Of a DNA stretch of 64,000 nt, positions 1-9,218 are shown piece by piece. This DNA comes from Candidatus Multivoradales bacterium. Lineage in GTDB: Bacteria > Acidobacteriota > Thermoanaerobaculia > Multivoradales > JAHEKO01. Numbering within the stretch: position 1 is the stretch's first letter; each line of letters begins with the position of its first letter. Below the pieces are notes generated by a model, which had not been told where the DNA came from, did not search any database, and saw nothing but the letters and a program-made list of their open reading frames with translations. The stretch spans positions 160,001 to 224,000 of the forward strand of contig CBDCXM010000002.1 in the NCBI GenBank assembly GCA_965223855.1, given 5' to 3'. A program made the position numbers and the translations under genes.

Positions 1-1505
1 CGATCGCCGACAGCAGCGAACACGTCGTCGCCCTCCACCGTGCCCCGGATCGGGGGAGCGCTCGCCACCTCGGCGGATCTGTCGAGCGCGCGATCGGGGA
101 TCGGGAAGGAGGCGAGCAGTCCCTTTCGAGCCCAGGCACACAGCAGATCCCAGCACTGCGGCAGCGGGTCTGCCCCTAGGTAGCCCTCGCCCGCTCGCGC
201 CAGCTCCTCGCTCAACCGCTCGACCGGGAGCCCTTCGCCGAGGCCGAGCCAGAGCGCCGCGGCCGCGGCGTTGAGCAGGTGGAGACGACCGCGCACCGGT
301 TCGTACACGACCAGGCTCTCGCCCAACTCGAAGCTGCGCACGCCGGGAGCGGGCGTGAGGTCGGGTGGGGCGGCCGGGACGTGGGGATCGAGGAGGTGGG
401 CGGCGCCACGATCCGCGGGGCGCAGGAGCGGGAACCCCGAGACGAACGACGCGCACTGCTCGGAGGGCCAGAGCGGTCGCCACTCGCCGAAGTCGCCGTC
501 GAGGTGGCCGAGGACGTCCCGGACGAGCCGCTCTTTGAGTCGTCTCGAGCGACCGAGTGCCGCGGCCTCGCCGATCGGTTCGAGCTCCATCGGCGGACCG
601 GCGTTCGCCTCGAGGATCCAGGGTCGGCCGTCTGTGTCCACCTGAACGTCGATACCGAGGAAGTCGTAACAACCCTCGACGTGTGGCGTCGCCTGGCGAC
701 TGCGGATCAGCGCTTCGTCGCGGCAGGCGAGGACCAGCCCTAGGATGGCGAGCTGTGCCGTTTCCAGGGTCGCCTCGACATCGAAGTCGAAGCTGGTGGA
801 CAGCGAGCGGTAGAGCTCGAGGTCGCCGTCGCGACTCCACCATCGCTGCTCACCGTTACGATCCTGGATCTCAGAGTTGGTGAAGTGAGCCGCGGGTTGC
901 GCCCGTCCATCGGCGTCGAGCGAGTAGGGGAGCGACGCGAAACGGCAGGTACCGACCGGATGCAGGTGGCAACGCAACGGATCGAGCGACTCCAGAAGCA
1001 GATAGAAGCGCAGGCTGTACTTGCGGCCGTCGATCAGGTGCGGGTCGAGGTAGCGCTGCACGATGCGGGGGGTGGCGTCGTCGGCGACCTCGGCCGGGCC
1101 TGCTGCGAGACGCATCCCCCGACCGCGGGTAGAGGCCCAGCGCTTGACGACCCAGACGCCCGGCTCCTGTCTCGCTGCCGACTCCCAGCGGCGACGCTCG
1201 TCCGGCAGCAGAAAGGTCTCCGGGTGATGTCCGAACAGGTCCTCCCGACCGGTCGCCCACAACGCCGCTCGAAGGTTGGCCAGGAGGTTCGGCTTGAGCG
1301 CGAAGGCGCCGATCCCGGGAAAGCGATTCACTCGCCGGCCCGGTTCGAGGGCGGCGAAGACGCCTTCGGGAGGAAGGGCTCGCGCCAGGTAGAGCCGCCA
1401 GTCGCCGTCGCCCGCCGGCGACCACCCTCGACGTTCGAGTTCCGGGCGCCACAGCTCGATCTCGGCGGAGGCGAGCGTCGGATCGGCCGACCAGGTCCTG
1501 GTCAT
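1..1505 (-). CDS. Tubulin-tyrosine ligase (TTL/TTLL)-like ATP-grasp protein fused to a C-terminal PqqD/RRE-like domain; 3' end lies outside the window
   Basis: Manual translation from ATG 1505 (GGAG RBS upstream) stays open to the window edge. TTL-family motifs appear in order: VNRFPG..K, PETFLLP, WVVK..STRGRG, VQRYL.PHLIDGRKYSLR, RFA..Y, HFTN, CYDFLGID, PWILEAN. These are followed by the PqqD-like segment LVVYEPVRGRLHLLNAAAAALW...LSEELAR...WARKGLL. Absent from the ORF track because it has no stop inside the window. Confidence 0.85.
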   Translation of the reverse strand, partial: MTRTWSADPTLASAEIELWRPELERRGWSPAGDGDWRLYLARALPPEGVFAALEPGRRVNRFPGIGAFALKPNLLANLRAALWATGREDLFGHHPETFLLPDERRRWESAARQEPGVWVVKRWASTRGRGMRLAAGPAEVADDATPRIVQRYLDPHLIDGRKYSLRFYLLLESLDPLRCHLHPVGTCRFASLPYSLDADGRAQPAAHFTNSEIQDRNGEQRWWSRDGDLELYRSLSTSFDFDVEATLETAQLAILGLVLACRDEALIRSRQATPHVEGCYDFLGIDVQVDTDGRPWILEANAGPPMELEPIGEAAALGRSRRLKERLVRDVLGHLDGDFGEWRPLWPSEQCASFVSGFPLLRPADRGAAHLLDPHVPAAPPDLTPAPGVRSFELGESLVVYEPVRGRLHLLNAAAAALWLGLGEGLPVERLSEELARAGEGYLGADPLPQCWDLLCAWARKGLLASFPIPDRALDRSAEVASAPPIRGTVEGDDVFAAVGD

Positions 1506-1582
1506 CGCGATCTCCACCTATCGCGGGCCCTCTGGATCGCCACGCTTGAACGGCCCTCCCGGCATCGAGTACCCTTCGCGCC

Positions 1583-2413
1583 ATGTTGCGCACCACAACC
1601 CCTGTCCTGACCGCCGCCGCTTTGCTGACTCTGGTTGCTTTCGCACCGGGTCTCCACGCCGACGAGGAAGAGCTCGATCTCTCCGCGCCGCCGGACGTGG
1701 CGGCGATTCCGGACGATGCCGAGGTCACTGCGAGCGGTCTCGGATCGCGGGTGCTCTCCGAGGGCGACGGTGAGTCGCGGCCGACTCCGACCTCCTGGGT
1801 CCGGGTGCACTACACCGGCTGGACGACGGAGGGCGAGGTCTTCGACAGCTCGCGGCAGCGCGGCAAGTCGCTGACCCTCCCTCTCGACAAAGTTATCGAC
1901 GGCTGGACCGAAGGGCTTCAGCTCATGGTCGAGGGCGAGACGCGCCGGATCTGGGTGCCGGAGGAGCTGGCGTACGCCGGTAAGGAGGGATCTCCGAAGG
2001 GGATGCTGGTCTTCGACGTCGAGCTGCTCGAGATTTTCGAGCTGCCGACGACGCCGGAGCACCTGACCGCTGCACCGGCGAACGCCGAGAAGCACCGCAA
2101 GGGGCTCCGTAGCGTCGTGCTCCAGGAGGGGACGGGAGACCGCAAGCCGAAGGACAACAGCTCGGTGGCCGTCAACTACACCGGCTGGGACGCGAGCGGC
2201 AAGATGATCGACACCAACATCTACCAGGGGCAGCCGGCGACCTTCCCGCTCACGGCGGTGATCAAGGGCTGGACCGAAGGGTTGCAACTGATGGTCGAGG
2301 GCGAGAAGCGCCGCTTCTGGATTCCCGCCAAGCTCGCCTATGAGGGGATCGAGGGAAAGCCGCAGGGGATGCTGGTCTTCGACATCGAACTGGTGTCGAT
2401 CCCGGTTTACTGA
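1583..2413 (+). CDS. Secreted FKBP-type peptidyl-prolyl isomerase with two tandem FKBP domains
   Basis: Signal peptide, then two repeats of V.V.YTGW...VI.GWTEGLQLMVEGE.RR.W.P..LAY.G...P.GMLVFD.EL. Confidence 0.93.
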   Translation: MLRTTTPVLTAAALLTLVAFAPGLHADEEELDLSAPPDVAAIPDDAEVTASGLGSRVLSEGDGESRPTPTSWVRVHYTGWTTEGEVFDSSRQRGKSLTLPLDKVIDGWTEGLQLMVEGETRRIWVPEELAYAGKEGSPKGMLVFDVELLEIFELPTTPEHLTAAPANAEKHRKGLRSVVLQEGTGDRKPKDNSSVAVNYTGWDASGKMIDTNIYQGQPATFPLTAVIKGWTEGLQLMVEGEKRRFWIPAKLAYEGIEGKPQGMLVFDIELVSIPVY

Positions 2414-2446
2414 GTCCTGTTCCCGAAGCGTGACCGGCAGGGGGCT

Positions 2447-4501
2447 TTATTCGCCTCCGCCTGGCCCCTCCTCTCGAGCGTCGTGACGCTCGAACCAGGC
2501 GAGGATGTTGGCGACCTTGGCGATCAATTGACTCGGTCGGGCCGCGATGCCGTGTGAGGCTCCGGGCACCCTGACGAGAGCCGCCGGCACCTTCTCGAGC
2601 ACGAGCGCCTGGTAGTACTGCTCCGATTCGGACATCGGAGTGCGGTAGTCCTCTTCACCGGTCAGCACCATCGTCGGCGTCGTCACGTTGCCGACCAGCG
2701 ACAGCGGTGAGCGCTTCCAATACTGCTCCTGGTGCTCCCAGGGCGGCCCCGGGAACCAGTACTTGTAGAAGAAGTTGTAGGCGTCGGCGGTGAGTACGAA
2801 CGACGTCCAGTGAATGACCGGCTTCGCGACCACGGCGGCGCGGAAGCGGTCGGTCTTGCCGACGATCCAGGCCGTCAGCACCCCTCCGCCACTGCCTCCG
2901 GTGACGAACAGACGGTCCTCGTCGATGAAGCCGCGCTCGACGACCGCATCGACGACCGACATCAGATCGTCGTAGTCCTCGCCGGGGTAGTTGTGGTGGA
3001 TGAGATTGCCGAACTCCTCCCCGTAGCTGCTGCTGCCGCGCGGATTGGCGTAGACCACGACGTAGCCGGCGGCTGCGAACAGCTGGATCTCGGCGGCGAA
3101 CCGCGGGCCGTAGTCGGCGAACGGCCCGCCGTGAATCTCCAGGATCAGCGGGTAGCTCCCTTTCGGGTCGAAGCCGGGCGGGAACGCCACCCACGCCTGG
3201 ATCTTCCTGCCGTCGTGGGAGGATTCGGTCCAGATCTCTTCGACCGGAGCGAGGTCGCGGTGGGCGAGGAGGTCCTCGTTGAGCCGGGTCAGCACCCGTG
3301 ACGAGGTGCTGGATCCCCGGGTGGCCGTCACGAGGTCCGCAGGCCGATCGGGAGTCGTGGTGGTGAAGACCACCCGGTCGCCGTGGGCATCGAACTGGCC
3401 TCCGGAGTAGGGGCGCCCGAGGGAGAGCCCACCGACCGGCTGCGCGACCTCTTCGACGGAGCCGTCGAGCCCGGCGAGCGCAAGTCGGGTCGTGCCGCGG
3501 TCGGTGTAGAGCAGGTAGACGCCTCGCCCGTCGTCGTGCCAGGCGATCTGTCCCACCGAACGTCCGAGATCGGACGCCAGTTCGCGGCGCTCGGAACCGT
3601 CGCGTCGCTGCACGTACAGGCGGTCGAGCTGGTAGCCCTGATAGCGATCGTCGAACCCGCGGTAGGCGACCCACTCGCCGTCCGGCGATAGTGCCGGCGA
3701 ATCGTCCGGGCCGCGACGGTCGGTGAGGGGACGCAGCTCACCCGACGAGACGTCGATCTCCCAGACCTCGCTGTCGTTCGGCTCGTACTCCCAGTCGTCG
3801 CGCCGGTTGGCCGAGAAGACGATGCGGTTCGAGTCGGGGCTCCAGGAGAGCGGGCCGAAATGGTTGAAGTTTCCCGAGGTGAGCTGCCTCGGCGTGCCGC
3901 CGATGGCCGGGAGGATGAACAGGTGCACGTGTCCGGGATCGACGAAACCGGCGCCGTCGAAGCGGTAGATCATCCGCTCGATGACCTTCACCGGCGGCGC
4001 CCATTCCGCTCCCTCCGGTGCGGCCGGCATCGAGGCGAGCGCTTCGGACTCGTCCGGCACCTTCATCGCAAAGGCCAGCGAGGCTCCGTCAGGAGACCAT
4101 TCGAGGGCTCGCGGTGGCGCCTCGAGATGCGACACCCGGGCGTCGCGGCCGTCGCCGAGCCACAGGACGTGGATCTGGCTCGAGCCGCCGCTGCTCGAGA
4201 CGTAGGCGAGCCGGCTGCCGTCCGGGGACCATCTCGGTGAGCGCGGGCTCCCGGGACCGGTCACCAGTGGGCGCGGCACACCGCCGTCGATGTCTGCGAT
4301 CCAGATCTCCGAGCTGCGCTGGTCGACCTGGATGTCCATCGAATTGCGAACGAACGCCACCCGGTCGCCGGCGGGGGAGATGCGGGGATCGGAGGCCCAC
4401 TCGAGCTCGAAGACGTCTCGAAGCTGCAGGGGCTCTCCTTCGAGCGCGACGGGTGCAAGGACGACGAGGAGCAGGGCGATGACGATGCGGGGTCGGAGCA
4501 T
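2447..4501 (-). CDS. S9 family (acylaminoacyl/dipeptidyl) peptidase with beta-propeller, secreted
   Basis: WSPDG propeller repeats, IHGGP, NPRGS, GGSGGG nucleophile motif, EDYRTP, SHG; start placed at MLRPRIVIALL (signal peptide). Confidence 0.92.
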   Translation of the reverse strand: MLRPRIVIALLLVVLAPVALEGEPLQLRDVFELEWASDPRISPAGDRVAFVRNSMDIQVDQRSSEIWIADIDGGVPRPLVTGPGSPRSPRWSPDGSRLAYVSSSGGSSQIHVLWLGDGRDARVSHLEAPPRALEWSPDGASLAFAMKVPDESEALASMPAAPEGAEWAPPVKVIERMIYRFDGAGFVDPGHVHLFILPAIGGTPRQLTSGNFNHFGPLSWSPDSNRIVFSANRRDDWEYEPNDSEVWEIDVSSGELRPLTDRRGPDDSPALSPDGEWVAYRGFDDRYQGYQLDRLYVQRRDGSERRELASDLGRSVGQIAWHDDGRGVYLLYTDRGTTRLALAGLDGSVEEVAQPVGGLSLGRPYSGGQFDAHGDRVVFTTTTPDRPADLVTATRGSSTSSRVLTRLNEDLLAHRDLAPVEEIWTESSHDGRKIQAWVAFPPGFDPKGSYPLILEIHGGPFADYGPRFAAEIQLFAAAGYVVVYANPRGSSSYGEEFGNLIHHNYPGEDYDDLMSVVDAVVERGFIDEDRLFVTGGSGGGVLTAWIVGKTDRFRAAVVAKPVIHWTSFVLTADAYNFFYKYWFPGPPWEHQEQYWKRSPLSLVGNVTTPTMVLTGEEDYRTPMSESEQYYQALVLEKVPAALVRVPGASHGIAARPSQLIAKVANILAWFERHDAREEGPGGGE

Positions 4502-4573
4502 GAGGGCCTCACTTGATCGCGGGCTGCGGCCCGCTGAACGGTTTCCGAATGGGAAGCTGACTATACTGGCGAG

Positions 4574-5347
4574 GTGATCCTCTCCTTCGCGAATCTGAAA
4601 GGGGGAGTCGGCAAGACGACGAGTGCGGTCAGCGTCGCGGCTGCGCTGGCTCGCTCCCACCTGAAGGTTCTGCTCGTCGATCTCGATCCGCAGGCCAACG
4701 CCGCCTACTCGGTGGGAGTGCCGGCGAAGACCGCCGGCGGCTCGCTCGCGGAGGTCTTCATCGACAACCGGCCGCTGCGAGAGGTGCTCTGGGAAACGCC
4801 GATCGAAGGACTCGATGTCGCCGTTGCGGGAGTCGAGCTTTCGACCCGCCAGTTGGAGGTCATGCGGCGCTCGTACCCGACACGGCTGTTGCAGAAGGCG
4901 CTGGTCGGGGTCCGGACTCGCTATGACTTCGTCGTGATCGACTGCCCGGCCGGCCTCGATCTGGCGGCGCTGATGGGACTGCAGGCATCGACTGCGTTTA
5001 TCGTGCCGACATCACCGAACTACCTCGGACTCGAATCGCTCGAGCTCTTCTTCCAGGGGCTCGAGCAGTTGCCGGCCGAACTCAAGCCGAGGGTGCGACT
5101 GCTCGGTATCCTGCTGACCGTGGTGGATCACCGGGTGCGGCTCACCGAGGAGGTCTGCAGCGAAGTGAGGCGGCGCTACGGTCGCGCGGTCTTTCGCACC
5201 GAGATTCCCATCAACGTCCGGCTGGCGGAGGCCGCGGAGTCCGGCCGCGGGATCTTCGGCTACCAGAGCTGGTCGAAGGGCGCCGCCGCCTACAGCCGGC
5301 TGGGCGCGGAGATGCTGCGGCGCGCCCGGCGACTCGGCCTCGAGTGA
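4574..5347 (+). CDS. ParA/Soj-family ATPase (orphan, no parB adjacent)
   Basis: KGGVGKTT deviant Walker A, DLDPQAN, IDCP, NVRLAEA. Confidence 0.9.
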   Translation: MILSFANLKGGVGKTTSAVSVAAALARSHLKVLLVDLDPQANAAYSVGVPAKTAGGSLAEVFIDNRPLREVLWETPIEGLDVAVAGVELSTRQLEVMRRSYPTRLLQKALVGVRTRYDFVVIDCPAGLDLAALMGLQASTAFIVPTSPNYLGLESLELFFQGLEQLPAELKPRVRLLGILLTVVDHRVRLTEEVCSEVRRRYGRAVFRTEIPINVRLAEAAESGRGIFGYQSWSKGAAAYSRLGAEMLRRARRLGLE

Positions 5348-5739
5348 GCCGTCGCGAGTGCGACGCAGGCGCCGTGCGGGGCCTGGGAAGCTCCCTGTGG
5401 CGAGGCTTGCGCGGCCGGTGTCCGGCGTGCGGCGAGGACCGTCTGTTCGAGAGCTGGATTCGCGTGCGGCCGGCCTGCCGCCGGTGCAGCACGGAGTTTC
5501 TGGAGAACCAGGGCGACCCGTGGGCCTTCCTGGTAGTGGTCGATCGGATCTTCGTTCTGCTGCTGGTGGTCCTGATCTACTTTCGCTGGGCTCCTCGCTC
5601 GGCAGTAGGGCTGATCGTACTCTTCGGGGTGCTGACGGGAGCTTTCGTCGCGACGACACCGCATCGCTTCGGTCTCTGTTTGGCGATCGCCTGGTGGGTG
5701 AGGAGGCGGGGGAGGTCGAAGCCTGTCGTCGGGCCGTAG
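5344..5739 (+). CDS. DUF983-like membrane protein with CxxC...CxxC
   Basis: RGLRGRCPACGE..LF....VRPACRRC followed by two hydrophobic helices; overlaps the parA stop (GTGA). Confidence 0.75.
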   Translation: MSRRECDAGAVRGLGSSLWRGLRGRCPACGEDRLFESWIRVRPACRRCSTEFLENQGDPWAFLVVVDRIFVLLLVVLIYFRWAPRSAVGLIVLFGVLTGAFVATTPHRFGLCLAIAWWVRRRGRSKPVVGP

Positions 5740-6089
5740 AGCCGCTGCGCTTCGGTCCCGGCGCCCCTCCTGGTGTTCAAAAGCCGGCAGCCGAGCCCGA
5801 CTGTCCCTCGGCCGGGTGCTGCAGACAAGGCATGCTCCTGGGACAGCGGGCATCTCGATGGAGCTGTGGCTGTCGTCGTAGGCCGGAGCCTCCTCCAGCA
5901 CACGCCTGATCAGACCCTTGCTTTTGTCCAGACGAGCGCCGGGTAGGGCAGGGCCTGCGGGGCTGATACCGAGGCGCTGGGAGGCCCCGCTTCAGGTCTC
6001 GAGTTGGTCGGGCTCCCGGCGAGCGAGCGGGCCTGGCCGAGGGCGATCCGGTGCTCGGGTCGCTCGAACGTCTGAAGTCGGGGGCAGCT

Positions 6090-6926
6090 TCAGTCGTCCC
6101 CGTAGCGGGGGATCGGGTCGAGGTCTGGCTCGAGGAACTCGCCGCGCGCGCCATCCGAGAACAGTCGCTCGGCAGAGTAATGCTCGAGCATCACTCTCGA
6201 ATCGAGGAGCATCGGGTTGCGGTCGAGAAACTCGTCGGCCGACGAACAGGCGGCCGACTCGCGCAACATGAAGTGCCGAACGGCGAGAATCCACGAGCGT
6301 GTGAGCGTCTCGTGGTAGCGAGCCGGATCGACACCGAGGTGGGTGAGGAAGTTGGTAAGAGCACGGCGTGTCCGGTGCTTCGCTTCGGCGGCGGAACGGC
6401 TGCAAAGGTAGACGTACGCCAGCCGGACGTGCGCGCGGTGATCGAAGTCCGGCTCGGCGACCTCGCAGGCTTCGAAGGCTCGCACGAACTCCAGATCGTC
6501 CGCGGAGGCACTGTGGGCAAGCCCCTCTCCGCGCGAGGCCAGGAGTGTGGAGAGCTTCGGAGTCGGCTGCAGCCGGCCGGCCGAGTCCTTCTCGAACGGT
6601 TCGACTCCGACGATGGCGTCGAGTGGAATCGGACCGTAGATGTGAGGGTAGAGCTCGTTGCCGCCCTCCAGATTCTCCCATCGCACCGGAGTCGGAGACG
6701 AGTCGTCGGAGTCGAGTCGGTCGAGAGCGATCTCGAGCAGCAGCAGGTCGTCGCGGCCGCGAAAGATGCGTTCGGCTACGGACAGCACCTGGTGGGCTTC
6801 GGAGCAGTGCACGAAGCCGTCGGCGGCGAACGCGGAGGGAGTGTAGACAGTCCCGGCAGCCGCGTGCTCGTCGCCTTCGGCGATGTGGAATACGGTGAGA
6901 GGCGGGCTCCAATCCTCAGGGGGCAT
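6090..6926 (-). CDS. DUF952-domain protein fused to a C-terminal uncharacterised His-rich domain
   Basis: N-half has GFVHCS...LLLLEI...VRWE...YPHIYGPI (DUF952); C-half has FDHRAHVRLAY...YHETLTRSW...HYS..RLFS..AR.EFLEPDL; start at ATG 6926. Confidence 0.8.
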   Translation of the reverse strand: MPPEDWSPPLTVFHIAEGDEHAAAGTVYTPSAFAADGFVHCSEAHQVLSVAERIFRGRDDLLLLEIALDRLDSDDSSPTPVRWENLEGGNELYPHIYGPIPLDAIVGVEPFEKDSAGRLQPTPKLSTLLASRGEGLAHSASADDLEFVRAFEACEVAEPDFDHRAHVRLAYVYLCSRSAAEAKHRTRRALTNFLTHLGVDPARYHETLTRSWILAVRHFMLRESAACSSADEFLDRNPMLLDSRVMLEHYSAERLFSDGARGEFLEPDLDPIPRYGDD

Positions 6927-6933
6927 CGTGAGC

Positions 6934-7401
6934 CTACTCGGTGCTCCCCTGTGCTTCGATCTCGAGAGCCTCCTCCAGTGTCTTCTCGTCGATGTGCTCC
7001 TGGAGCCCCGCGAGGGCGGCGCCGACTTCGGGGCTGGTGAACATCTCCCGCCCGGCGACCTGGCCCAGGACATTGAAGCTTGCCTCGAAGGTTGCCGCAC
7101 CGTCGTAGCGAAACGCGTCAGCCGCCTCGGTCCGGCAGCTCTCGGTCACCAGCCGCATGATGAGCTCGGCCATGTTTCGGTTGGCGCCATCTGTCTGCTC
7201 TTTGCTGATCGACACGATGTCCTGCACGGCGGGATGGCTGGCAGCCGCCGAGAACATCCATCTCACGAGCGCTGTGCGGTCCTCAGTTGTCGTCGAGTCG
7301 ACAAGGCACTTGCCCAGGGCGTCCGTGTGCGGGCCGGCCAGAACACGAGTCGCTCCGGCAGGCAACGTCATCAGCAATATCGCAAGCCCCAGGACGCGCA
7401 T
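6934..7401 (-). CDS. Secreted conserved hypothetical protein
   Basis: RBS GAGAGGA, signal peptide, GPHTDALGKCLVDSTT...WMF...HP...C; good coding character. Confidence 0.7.
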   Translation of the reverse strand: MRVLGLAILLMTLPAGATRVLAGPHTDALGKCLVDSTTTEDRTALVRWMFSAAASHPAVQDIVSISKEQTDGANRNMAELIMRLVTESCRTEAADAFRYDGAATFEASFNVLGQVAGREMFTSPEVGAALAGLQEHIDEKTLEEALEIEAQGSTE

Positions 7402-7421
7402 TCCTCTCTTCTCCTTGTGAC

Positions 7422-8444
7422 TCATAGTCCTCCGATCGTAGCGGTCGTGACCCAATGCCTTGCCAGTGCGCGACGTGCTTCCTCCTCCTTGAGAGAGAAG
7501 TCCCGTCCGTTGCGGCCGCCCGGCATCCATTTCCACCAGAACATCCCGGCGACGAAGTCCTGTTGCTCGAGCCGGGCGAGAGCGACATCCATCAACCGCT
7601 CGCGGAGGAGGCGATTGCCGGGGGTGTCGTGGCTGCCGTACGTCCAGGGCTCTCGGGCGGCGTGAGTCGCCCGGTTGTAGCCGATCTCGGCGAAGAGCAC
7701 TCGCTTCTCGAAGCGCGAGGACAGCTCCGCGAGCTGCCGGAGGTGGGGGCTCCACCCTTGCTCGATCTTGCCTGCGTCGGGATCCTCCTCACCCGAGAGC
7801 GGAAAGTAGCCGTGTACGCCGATCAGATCGACGGCGTCCCAGAAGCCGACCTTCCCGACACCGTCCCAGTTGGCGGCGTAGGTGAGAGTGCCGGAGTAGA
7901 CGGCTCGCACGGCGGCGATGACGGCACGCCAATCGTCTTCCCGATGCATCGTCCGTTCGTACTCGACACCCACAGCGAGAAGCTCGATGCCGTGACGCTC
8001 GGCGAAGGCCGCCTGATCGACGATGAAGGCACGGTAGTCGGCGAAGAAGCGTTGCCACTTCTCCTCGGTGTCGAAGTCGATCGATCCGCGCCACTCGAAA
8101 CTGCCCCAGTAGCCGAGGTGAGGCTTCCAGAAGATCCGCACCTCGCTCCGCCGCATGCGCTCGACGGCGTCGGCCAGGTAGCCGGTCTCGGCGGCGGGCC
8201 GGAATCGAATCGCCCCGTCGGTGCCGACCCAGGCGTAGGGGTGGATCGAGGCCCAGTTGGCTCCAAGGGAGGTGATCTCTTCGAGCGCCTCACTCATGGC
8301 TGGGGTACCCCAGATCTGTCCGGCGCGTGGGCACGAGATGATCACGCCGCGCACGAAGCCGTCTCCGCTTCCCGTCGAGGCTGAGAGCGGGAGGGCTCCC
8401 GCGATCGCGATCAGTCCGGCCAGGACAGGGCTGCGCCGCGGCAC
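7422..8444 (-). CDS. Glycoside hydrolase family 113-like TIM-barrel protein, secreted
   Basis: GANWAS, KPHL...WRG.I, GVEY, YSGTLTYAANWD, FWDAVDLIG..GYFPL, FAEIGY, GMFWWKW; GTG start at 8444 is approximate. Confidence 0.75.
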   Translation of the reverse strand: MPRRSPVLAGLIAIAGALPLSASTGSGDGFVRGVIISCPRAGQIWGTPAMSEALEEITSLGANWASIHPYAWVGTDGAIRFRPAAETGYLADAVERMRRSEVRIFWKPHLGYWGSFEWRGSIDFDTEEKWQRFFADYRAFIVDQAAFAERHGIELLAVGVEYERTMHREDDWRAVIAAVRAVYSGTLTYAANWDGVGKVGFWDAVDLIGVHGYFPLSGEEDPDAGKIEQGWSPHLRQLAELSSRFEKRVLFAEIGYNRATHAAREPWTYGSHDTPGNRLLRERLMDVALARLEQQDFVAGMFWWKWMPGGRNGRDFSLKEEEARRALARHWVTTATIGGL

Positions 8445-8451
8445 GAGCTCG

Positions 8452-8997
8452 TCAGTTCTTGCGCCGGCTGAAGAGTCTGACGAGCTGATCGCGCGACGTG
8501 TTGGCGGCCGCCTGCTGGCGCTCCCCGATGCTGCCCGGACGATCGGCCTGGCGTCCGGCGACTCGCGCCTCCGCAGCACGCTCTTTCTCGACTGCGGTGC
8601 GGTAGGACTCGACGACCTTGAGGGTTGCGGCTCGCTCGACGAGACCGACGAGGCGCCCATTGTCGATCACCGGCAGGGTAGGGAAGTTGCAGCACAGGAA
8701 CTGCTCCACGACGCGGAAGAAATCCATCCCCGGCTCACACGAAGGAAAGTCGGTCGACATGTGGTCGCCCACCGTCGCCCCTTCGGCGGTCTCGGTGTAG
8801 AGGAGCGAGGAAACGGCGCGCATCGCGTCCTTCTCCGTGAACATGCCGACGACAGCTCCGTCCTCGAGCACCGCGGTGGCGGTGACATTCGCTCCGACCA
8901 GCCTCTCAATCGCCGAGAAGATCGGCTCGTCCGGAGCGAGGCGCAGTCTCGGTTCCCGCATCCAGTCGCGGGCGGCGGGCAGTCTCGGCTGGCTCAA
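8452..8997 (-). CDS. CBS-domain pair protein
   Basis: ARDWM...VVGMFTEKD...VGDHMS...LPVIDNGRLVGLV; overlaps the nqrM stop. Confidence 0.85.
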   Translation of the reverse strand: MSQPRLPAARDWMREPRLRLAPDEPIFSAIERLVGANVTATAVLEDGAVVGMFTEKDAMRAVSSLLYTETAEGATVGDHMSTDFPSCEPGMDFFRVVEQFLCCNFPTLPVIDNGRLVGLVERAATLKVVESYRTAVEKERAAEARVAGRQADRPGSIGERQQAAANTSRDQLVRLFSRRKN

Positions 8998-9218
8998 CCC
9001 GACTCTCCTCGGTGAGCGCCTTCGAGGGTCGCCAGAGCTTCGCGCTTGAGTCGATCCCGGTTCGGGCAGGTGGCACAGGTGATCGGCTCACCGTCGGAGT
9101 CGAGAACCGCGGGACCGCCGCAGGAACCTCGCAGGCAGCGGCCCGTGACGAGGACGCCGACCGACATCGCCAGCATGATGGCGGCAAAGAGTGCCAGGGT
9201 CAGGAGGAGGAGTGTCAT
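8994..9218 (-). CDS. nqrM: Na+-NQR maturation protein NqrM
   Basis: Single TM helix AMSVGV, LRGSCGG, CATC; directly downstream of apbE/nqrF. Confidence 0.88.
   Translation of the reverse strand: MTLLLLTLALFAAIMLAMSVGVLVTGRCLRGSCGGPAVLDSDGEPITCATCPNRDRLKREALATLEGAHRGESG

Noticed and set aside
212-1728. ORF-track proteins over the first 1.7 kb (e.g. 279..743, 885..1610, 871..1728)
   Set aside because: Shadow frames of the unlisted minus-strand TTL-like gene; they carry no motifs
4574-5739. parA as a sign of a plasmid or integrated element
   Set aside because: No parB, rep, integrase or att sites nearby; orphan ParA genes are common on chromosomes
5740-6089. 350-bp gap between convergent genes as a possible ncRNA (SRP, 6S, tmRNA)
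   Set aside because: No diagnostic motif or convincing long-range stem found by eye, and its ORFs look non-coding
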